From contig JAAOMT010000129.1 of the NCBI GenBank assembly GCA_016748015.1, positions 1,031,866 through 1,095,865 on the forward strand: a stretch of DNA of 64,000 nucleotides, in the 5' to 3' direction. The stretch's first letter is position 1. Each line of letters begins with the position of its first letter. Source of the DNA: Geosiphon pyriformis uo1. Taxonomy: Eukaryota; Fungi; Glomeromycota. Of this stretch, positions 54,402 to 64,000 are shown piece after piece. Below the pieces are notes generated by a model, which made no database searches, had not been told where the DNA came from, and was given only the letters and a program-made list of their open reading frames with translations. A program made the translations under genes and the position numbers.

Positions 54402-55788
54402 ATGATTTTCCCAATCTACGAAGATACTTCCAATGCAGCTGAACTTCTTGTTGCATCAGAAAGCTCATATGACAAATCAGAACCAATTACCATTATCGGT
54501 GTTCACGGATGGCTCCCAGAAATTCTTCAACCAGTACAAAATTTGAAATCCCAACCCTTTTGTGAAAAACTGGAGGTTAATTTAAGAAAAAAATTGGGTC
54601 TTTCACCAGGTCAAGGTGATATATTCAGTATTCCATTACATGGTCACGGGGTCTGTAACGATCGTAGCGAACAATATTTAGATCAAATTAAGGCGACCCC
54701 AATTTGGAGCCAGAAAATGAAGAATGCAAAGACAGTTTTCATCGTTGGTCATTCCCAAGGTGTTCCTACAAGTGTATTGTTACTCTCTCGTTTACTGGAT
54801 GAAAAATTGATTGATCCATCACGCCAACGTGTTTGTGTATTACTTTTGGCCGGCATCTCTCATGGACCCGCTCAAAAATATAACTTGCTGAGGGGAATTG
54901 CAGGATTAGTGCGAGATCCAGCAAGTGTAGAATTGTTTGATTTTCAAAACTCGAAAAAGTTGATTTCCCGACATTACATCCTTGCTACACAAAAAGCTCT
55001 TAAACTTGGTATCAAATTTTTATATTTTGCTTCTGGAAATGACGAAGTTGTGCCGGTAAGTTTGCATGGTGGTTTGATTCAAAATTTTTTTCGTCAAAAG
55101 GTAGCGGCAATGTTCTTTTTTGCGGTTTGATTAACAATTTTTGTCATATTTTAGTTACATTCTGCCCTCAACTCGGCCATTGATCATCCATCAATTATGC
55201 GCGGTCTTTTTGTTAGTCCAACCATCTATCAAGAAAAGCGGTTTCCTGTCGAGTTAGTTCAACTTCTTATTCAACTTCGAAATCATTCATTAACCGACTA
55301 TGGACTTCTTGCTCATCTCAGCGATTCTTTGATGGGGTATTTGAAGGATGAAGGACATAGTCATATAACCACAGAAGATGAAGTTTATACGTGAGTTGAA
55401 AATTTTCCACCTTTCACTTTATTCGAAAGAATTCCTAAATAAATATTCTGTTTCTTTTATTTTTGCCAGATCGGCTATCAGACATTTGTATGAAACAAAA
55501 ACCTATCGAAATGTTGAGATGAAAATCAACGAATACAACTTTGAACAACCAGCAAACAAGAACTATATCCCATGGGCTATGCGTGGGCTTGTTTCTGACG
55601 AAAAGATTATCAAATCAGAAAAATTGGGTCCCGCATTATTAAAACTGAGAAATGACTATTCTAACTGGGAGCCTAAAATTTTTGATATTGCGGGTAAAAA
55701 TTTGAAGTTAATGTTAAAACCTTTTAATGATATCAAGGAGGATGAATATATTCCAGTCTTCACTGAACCAATTCTAGCTAGATTATAG
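54402..55788 (+). CDS. Alpha/beta-hydrolase-like protein resembling the yeast YML020W family
   Basis: Exons 54402-55055, 55155-55390, 55470-55788. Motifs IIGVHGWLP, VGHSQGVP (intact GxSxG), LAGISHGP, DEVVPLHS, GHS, IPWAMRGL. Confidence 0.8.
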
Positions 55789-55899
55789 TTGTTTGTTTTT
55801 TAGATATAATAAATTATTACCATTTTACGGATTAAATTAATTTATTGTCATCGAAACCATAAGATTTTCAAATTTTTATATCAATTATTACAAATGATT

Positions 55900-58250
55900 T
55901 ATATTAATCCATAAGTATAACTAGTTATTTAATAATTAATAAGTACAATTGACTTTAATTATTTTTTCATACAAGCTTTATTAATCAAATTATTTTGTTT
56001 TTTTTTAAAATATATTTATATTAATTACAAGTTGAATTAAAATTTGTAAATTAAAAAATCAAATTATATAAAATTTTAATAATAATTGTTACATATATTC
56101 TTATTATTTACTTAACATATATAATTGTCCTATATGGAGCATGTTACAAAAAGATTTTGGGTTTCAAAATTGCTAAACACCACAAACTGTTAAAATTGTT
56201 ACTAAAAGGGTTTGCTAACTTTTCTGAAATTTTTTGTGAATATTGTAGTTGTAAAAATAATTAATTTTATTTTCCAAATAATTCTAGTGATATTTTAAAA
56301 AAAATAAACTTTTTTACAGAAAAGCTCTGTTTGTAAACTATCTAAAATAATGTGAATGTGTAAATTGCTAACAGTAACTCTCTCTACATCCTAAGAGACA
56401 ATTTTTTTAATGTTTTGTGCTAAAGTCACCTTCTGGAGAATTGCAACCAGTTTAGGCTATCTGTAATAATAATAAAAGGAAAAATAAGAAAGAAAATAAA
56501 ATAATTTAATAATAATTAAATAATTAATAATAAATGTAAAATAATAATTAATTAAAAATAAAAATTATTAAAATAATTACATGTTAATTTTGTTTCATAT
56601 TTTATTTTTTAATCGTCTTCATATTATTATAATATAAAAATAATATATATAAAACAAATTTGCAATGAAATTCAAAAGTTACAGTTCAAAAAAAAAATTT
56701 GTCTCATATATTTTTAAAATAAATAATATTTAAACTATTTAAAAATATTTAAATAAAAAAAATCACTTATAAAATTTAATAAAAAATAATAAATAATAAA
56801 AAAACAGAATAAAATAGTACTATTATTTAACAAAAAACAAAAATTTCTTGAAAGAAAAACTTTTTTTTGTTTTTTTAGCAACATTAATTGTAATTATTGT
56901 AAAATTTAAGATAAAAATTTACTGTTATTCATAACTTAAATAAACTTACTATCAAAAAAAATTATTTCTTAAGATATTATTTTTATATTTCTTGGCAGTT
57001 TTGATAAAATCTTTATTTTTTAAATTATCAATTATAATTTTATATAATAAATATTAGAAACTTGAATTGTTTTGTTTATTTTATAGTTAGATACTGCAAA
57101 AATTCTGTTTAAAAAAGCTTTTTAATTCATTCAAAACAAAGATTAATACAACAATATTAACTTTTTTATTTTTTTTCACTATTTCTTTTCCTTTTTTTTC
57201 TTGATTTGTATAATTGTCAGTTTTTGTGAAGTATATTACCTAACCATTTACTGAAAAGTATAACTAATACTTAATTTTAAATTCTAAAAGTACTGACATA
57301 AGACATAGAATTATATCAGTGTATTATCTTTTGTTAATAGTATAGACTATTCTTCAAATTCTTTTGTTATCTTTTGGAAATAATAGTGGCTGCAATATTT
57401 ATAAGACTAATCTCACACATTAAATCTTTACTAATTCAATTCACACATTAAAGTTGAATTACTCTTTTGTTATTTTTATTGCTATACAATATTGTTTTTT
57501 TTATCTATTAGCTTGTTACATATAATTTTAATACAATATTGTCTTTTGTATTTCAAAAAAAATGAATTGTATTAAAATAAATTAAGATCTAATTTTTTTG
57601 ATAATTTTAAAAATATTTACTTTTTTAATTAACAATATAAATTTAATAAAAGCATTATTAACTATTTTTTATGTTTTAATAACTTCAAAGTTAATTGTTT
57701 TAAAGAAAAAATGTTAATATTCTTACAAACCATTCAATTTTTAAAAAAATTCCCAAAACAGAATAAAGATCTAAGATTAAAAACTTTTTTAGTTTTATAG
57801 TGTTAATTAATACTATAACTTATAAAATACATAATATTTTAATAATTTTTAACATGCTCTTATTTAAAACCTGTAAAAGTTTTTAATAAACAGATTTATA
57901 ATTTGTTTCTGTTAATAAAAATATAAACAATTGGATTATATACTTAATATTTTTATTAAAATTAGTAATTTTTAAACTTTAACATAGTTTTAAGAAACTT
58001 TTTATTAATTATTACTTTGGGTTTTTATCACAGCCTTAATTTTATATTGTTGTAAATGTGCAGCACAATATTATTTATTGTTAAATAATTTCTAATATCT
58101 TTAAAATACAGTCAATTCTCAATATATTGAAATACATTTTTTAACAGAGATATATTGCAATTTCAATAATAAAAAGTTTTCTATTAGCATATGTTTTCTT
58201 TTTAAAACATCAGCTGGTATTTATTACTTATTTATCTATTGTTTTAACCG
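55900..58250. other. Extremely AT-rich, CpG-depleted block, probable eroded TE
   Basis: No ORF of 60 aa or more and almost no CG dinucleotides. Confidence 0.4.
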
Positions 58251-58466
58251 GGTCATTAAAAATATATTTTGCTTGGGTTTAAAAAAAAGCTTGAAATGGC
58301 TTACATAATTTGCTAAACTTTTCTCTGGAAATTATATTTGAACAACCACAATTCCAATTTATTTTCAAAAAGCACATTTTCTTTTCATATCTATATGTAA
58401 TTTTATCATTTAACAATTAATAAGTATGGCACTGATAATAAGTGAAGAATTTATTCGATAACAGAT

Positions 58467-59040
58467 TTATAACATTTCCACTTCTGAAAGAAATTCTAAT
58501 TTTCTGCCCAATCGTTCAAGCCATATGAGATCGTGGTCTTTTTTCATCAACATTCCACCACCGACACCATCAGGCCAGTCAATATGAGGATTCAGATTAG
58601 GATATTTATCAATGTCTTCTTGGCCAACCCTATCAAAATCAATCAGCTGCGCTTGATACCGTCTACTATCCAATGAGTTTGTGATAACAATATTAGTCGC
58701 TCTAAGGTTACCAAAGACATACTTGTTATTATGAAATAGCCGAATGGCATTGGAAACATCCTGGCATATAAGACCCTTTTCCTTGGTGCTCAGCTTCAAA
58801 GAAGAATTTTGTATATTATCCTCCAGTGTCTTTGCAGTACCTAAGTATTTCATTACAACCATTCCCCATTCTTGAAAAAAACAAGGGTTATAATAGAGCA
58901 ATACAGGTGCTGAATTATTAGTCGCACACATGGTTCATTGCTAAATGACATAATCTGTAATGGCCAACTCCATGGGAGTATAAAGTTACATTCAATAAGA
59001 AATGTATCAGCGAATGGAAGTCACTTGGCAGACGTTGAAA
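58467..59040 (-). pseudogene. Fragment of a fungal atypical kinase of the VFGDLR/IDFDW type (seen in Crinkler-like genes)
   Basis: APVLLY...MVVMKYL...HNNKYVFGNLRATNI...LIDFDRVG...YP.LNPHIDWPDGV..G..M..DHD. Catalytic-loop Asp is Asn. The 5' part is out of frame and runs into AT-rich sequence. Confidence 0.6.
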
Positions 59041-59345
59041 CCATCTAAAAAAATTATACAACAAAAAAATTGTATTGGGTCCAAAATTTTCATTTAATGA
59101 AATGTAAATAAATATTATTTTTAGATTATGTATTAAATTAAAATATATAATAATAATAAATTTGTTAAAATGTAAGTAGTTTAAGTGCCACAATGGTTTT
59201 TATGCAAATTGAAAAAAAAATTATTCTACATTCTAAAAAATAAAAATGCAAATTTAATTTTTTTTAATTATTAAAAAACTAAGAAACACTTTTAATAGCA
59301 ATCTATATAATTTCAATTTTTTTAAATTATATTATAATTAATGCA

Positions 59346-59383
<38 letters not shown>

Positions 59384-61445
59384 CTTTTTTTTTGTTTTTA
59401 TAACTACAACCAGAGAAAAGAACAAAAAAAGTAATTTTTACTTTTTTATAATAGTTTATAGTATTACAACTCACAAAGTTTTTTAATTGTAGAAACAGCG
59501 AGACAAAAGTGTTGCAAAATTTTTTTTTTAAATATTTCTAATGTAAAACAACCTTTGGCTGATCTAAAAGCAGTTTTTTGTGTTTGGCTAAAAGTTTTTT
59601 TTAAACAAAATTTCTGCAAAGCAATAATAACATATTTATGAAAATAAATACATATCAACAAATACCCATATTTTTAAATGCCATTATTTTTAATAAATTA
59701 CTATCAATTATAAAAAACAAAGCAAATTATGTAATTTTATCCAATTTTATTATAATATTATTTAATTTAAAGTAATTTCTATTTTAATATCTGGTATTTT
59801 TTCAAAAATTAAATTGGTTTATATAAAGACTGTTTTCTAATTACTACTTAGTTTTGTTAGTATTAATTTTTTTGCGTTAATTTACATTTTAGAAATTCTT
59901 GAATGCTGTTACTAAAATTCAGCTTGCTCAATCTCTTTTTTTTACTACTTTTAAGATTACAAAGTCTTTTGTGATTTCTGTTTTTGTTTTAGCTGCTTTG
60001 TTTTTGTTATATTCTTTTAAGTGTATTTTTTAATAGCATTAAATTGCTTTGGGAGTGTTTTTGCTGTCAAGTTAAAATTTTTTGATTTGTAACAATATGT
60101 TATTGTTTATTATAGAAATCTTAAATCTGTTAATTTCGCTTTTGCTTGCTGATTAGTTTTAATAAAAAATAACAATGTTTAATTTTTTTCAATTTTGAAT
60201 TAAAAAAAATAATTGTCTTGTAAAATGCTTATAAGGCTAAATTAGTTATCTTCTTTCTGTCTGTTGTTATCAGTTGAGATTTAAACTGAAATTAGCATAA
60301 AATTATCCTCATAATTCTTAATCATCAATTAACATATATTATTATTTCACATTTATTATTAATGATTCAAATATTACTTAGCCAGAATCATTGATTATTT
60401 TTACTCAATTATTAACCGATTTTGTAAAATGCACAAATGTTACTAAGCATTCAATGACATTGTAAATATGACACTAAGTTCAAATAGTGATTTTGTGCAG
60501 CTACTTGTCAAAATAATTAAAAACTAATTATATTCTACCCACTCAAAAATTAATAAAGAACAACCGAAACCCTTATATATGTATTTTAAATCCATTTATC
60601 ATTTGAATTCTTTTTTTTTAAATTACTATATCAATGATGAACACTATATTCAAAATCTAAAATATATTGTGCCTTTCAAATGCACTATTCATGACTAAAT
60701 AAATTTCATACGCAAATACTTGGTCCCCATAAAATAAACCCCATCTGTTGTTAGATCCGAAAGTGGGTCGTATACCGTTGATTGATGATGGAAAACCACT
60801 AGTAATTAAAATTTTCAGGAATGCAAACAAATAAAATTGTAGATTAATTTCATTGAAATTGTTGTTTCAAGTTAGGTCAATACGAATTTTTTGAGAAATG
60901 GTAATATTTAAAAATTAACTGTATTTATTGTAATTAGTTAAACCATAACACAATTATTTGATTAGTTGATTAATAACTATTATTTTTAGTATCCTCACCT
61001 CTTCGCACGCCATGCAAAGTTCGAACGTTATGGTACATATTTTAAATCATTATTAAATAACCTAAATCAAAATAATAAAATTTTTGGAATCATAGAACCT
61101 ATCAAAATTTTGTGATCTTTCAAATATAAATTAAACTTGATTCGTCGAATTTCATTCTACTTTTAGGGTGCCCAGTTTTACTAGTCTTTCTTGATTATTT
61201 CTAAATATTATTGCATATATTTATTTCAATGGACGACGAATCACAAAATTCGTACATATAAAAATTTATTTCCCAAAATTAAAAGACTTGGAATTTTGTA
61301 TTGATAAATATTTTTCATGATAAAGATCGATATTTCTGAGTTTAGGAGCTATTACTTGTTTATTATCATTCAAAGATCAAAAGGCTTAGAAAAATGTCAA
61401 TAATATAAAAGCCCCCCTCCCTGCCCTCATTAATCGATTGCAACC

Positions 61446-63750
61446 ATGTTTAATTTCATCACTCTCATTTTTAGTTTCGGGCCCTCATTCGTTCTTGTAA
61501 CGATCTTAGCTTTCACATTTTATTATTTAAGAAAGCCAAAGTATAATTTGGTGGGTATTAAATCGAAGGTTAATTCACCACACGGTTTCTTCTTTTCTAA
61601 TGTTCGATCATTCACTATTGAAATCTTTTAAAGAATGAACCACCCCTTGTCCCCTATAAATATCCCTTCATCGGACATACTTACGAGATTCGGAATGATT
61701 GTGAAGGCTTTTTGAGAAGATGTCGGGAAAAGGTTTATCATTAAAGTTTATATAAAATAACTAGCCCCAAAATTTTATTCTTAGTTTAACAACTTTCGTC
61801 TTTTTCTAGTATGGAGATATATACAGAATTTATCAATACGGTCAAGTTTACAGCATTGCTGGAAATGATTCTGCTCAGGAGTTTATGATAAATAAAGATG
61901 CAAGTAACATAAAAGCTATAGAGACGGTATGTTATTCAATTTAAATATAAGAATTCGGTTATCGATATCTATTCTTTTTATCATCAAAAAAATATTACAA
62001 AAGGCATTTCCCCTTATGGGACTTCTGGGTCTTGATCATCCAACACAAAGAGCCCTTGTGCCTCTAACTCGCGATAGAATCACACCACTTATCCCAAATC
62101 TCAATGAAGGAATTCAATACCGAGCAAAAATATCGGTCGAAAAACATTTTGGGATTTCGAAAGGTTAAAATCATTAGATTTTCAATCAAATTTTCATATA
62201 CTCGGTGATATAATTAACCATCCTTCTGTTTCTCTCTCTAAAAGAGCCCAAGACAATCTATTCTTTGGTCGAAACAATTCAAGATATCAATGCATTTGCT
62301 ACTTCTTTTGTATTCATTGGTGAAGTGAGGAAAATCTTGAATTAAATTTATCACCACTCTCTCGTTTCATAGATCTCATTTAGATCCTTATTTGGTGAAA
62401 TTTCAGGAACTTTCCCGTGACCAGGAATTAATAACCTCTTGTGCTCGATTTAGCAACGATATCTTTGATTTTCTTAAATATCCTCGGACATTGGCTTTTA
62501 TTCATCCTTGGCTTTATAAACAACATCTTCTGTATGTTTAAATTTGGTTTACATTGAATCTGTGGGCAGATATTGAATATATTGATGATTCTTTTAAATC
62601 CTCGTAGTTGGAAGAGCAGACTAAGAGGTCAAAAACCTCGCGCCAAATTAATAAAAAAACTCCCACTAATTGTTGAAAAGCGCATTAAAGAGATGAGGGA
62701 GCAGGGGGATAAGTAAAATCCACCGGTAAAAAATTCATATCAAATTTTAATTATTTTAAATAATTTCGTGTTACATTTTTTGATTATTATATAATTGAAC
62801 AGCTCGATGTCATACAATGGATTTTAAACGATAGTTTAGCCGGGGAAAAAGAAAAGATCGATTACAATCGCATGGCTAGATTCATTTACACCTTGATTTT
62901 TGTTTCTGTTTACCCAACTAGTTTGAAAATAGCAGACGCAATTTTAGGTAGGCTAATTTTTTATTAAGCCAAATATTTCAATCTATTGATTGATTGATTG
63001 ATAATATGTTTTTTATCTTTTTTAGATTACGCAGCAGAGACTGAATATCAAAAAGAGTTAGTAGAAGAACAAGAAGAAATTGCCAAAGAATATGGACCTG
63101 ATGGATTTCCTACAATTGCCCAACTTGAGAAGATGGTTAAGCTTGATAGTTTTGTTAAAGAATCGATACGATACAATGAGGATTTTTGTAAGTAGTTTTC
63201 CACTTTTTTTATTCCCATTACTTGGCTTAATATAAAATTTTCCTTCTGTTCTCTAGTGAACGTACCAAAGCTCAATACGTCTTCGTCGCCAATCACGCTT
63301 TCAAATGGATATCAAATTCCCCCAAGTGAGTTGCATTCCAGGTTATGAAGCAACTTGAATATTTTTCGCCCGTCAATTTTACTAAACTTGAAAAATGTTT
63401 TGAAATACGGCTATAGATGGAAAAGTAATATGTGATTTTATAAGTGTGATTGAGAGTGAAGAACTTCATGGTTCTCATCCGAATAAATTTGATCCTCGTA
63501 GATATCTAAATAAAAATGAGCCAATTACTCGACTTAGCCGTGGCTTTTTGTCATTTGGACTTGGTCGATACGCTTGTCCTGGTCGCTTTTTTGCAATGAA
63601 TCTAGCTAAGATATTGCTTTCGATGATCATTCGCAATTATAAGGTTAGTTTGAAGGTTGGTACCAGACCGAAAAAAATTATATTTGAAGAACATCGTTTG
63701 CTTCAGACGATGGTGTAATTTTTGAGAGAAAGCAGCCTAAACTCTCCTAA
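61446..63750 (+). pseudogene. Cytochrome P450 (FGLGRYACPGRFFA type), probable pseudogene
   Basis: Multi-exon gene with TM, NEPPLVPYKYPFIGH, KLDSFVKESIR, FDPRRY and FGLGRYACPG. In-frame TAA at 62714-62716 (DK*NPP) and an apparent one-base frameshift near 63701 (expected PSDDGVIFERK). Confidence 0.82.
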
Positions 63751-64000
63751 GGTCTCCGATTTAAACATGTCTCCTTGTTTCAGAGTTAATTAGTATACCC
63801 TTTAAAATTCAATCAAAAAAAATTAGATTAGTAAAAATATATATACTTTTTCAATCTAATACTTATGTCAACAAATCAAAATCAGAAAATTCAGTTAACA
63901 AAAAAATTTTGATCGAGGCCAAATGTCAGTTTTTTAGTTAAAAGACTTGCCAAATTTTTTCGATTAAAGAATGAAAAGGTAAGTCTATTGAAAACATGGT

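Noticed and set aside
60750-60804. Hairpin gatcc-gaaagt-gggtc and downstream CTAG as Helitron end or hammerhead ribozyme
   Set aside because: Stem is short, spacing to CTAG is too long, and there is no CUGAnGA core.

Overview
AT-rich, intron-containing fungal genomic DNA. The decayed SEL1-repeat and kinase families, Tc1 relics and short GT-AG introns suggest a Glomeromycotina-type (arbuscular-mycorrhizal/Geosiphon-like) genome; this taxonomy is an inference. Apparently intact genes: six class-3-lipase-fold genes, PRM1, a 6-exon tetraspanin missed by the ORF track, a multi-AT-hook protein, a YML020W-like alpha/beta hydrolase, and a membrane-protein gene cut by an assembly gap. Decayed material: two P450 pseudogenes, SEL1 and kinase pseudogenes, a ubiquitin-like/ADP-ribosyltransferase fusion pseudogene, two Tc1/mariner remnants, a possible tRNA-Met relic and several very AT-rich, CpG-poor blocks. 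A tandem segmental duplication (about 37.2-43.6 kb copied to 43.7-47.3 kb) carries a head-to-head kinase-pseudogene/lipase-like pair. The most striking observation: after manual splicing, all six lipase-fold genes have open reading frames, yet none has the catalytic serine of GxSxG (GEGIG, GDGLG, GVGLG, GHAVG x2, GHRVG). They look like a maintained family of secreted or anchored pseudo-lipases sitting among dead genes. Exon coordinates were derived by eye and may be off by a few bases.
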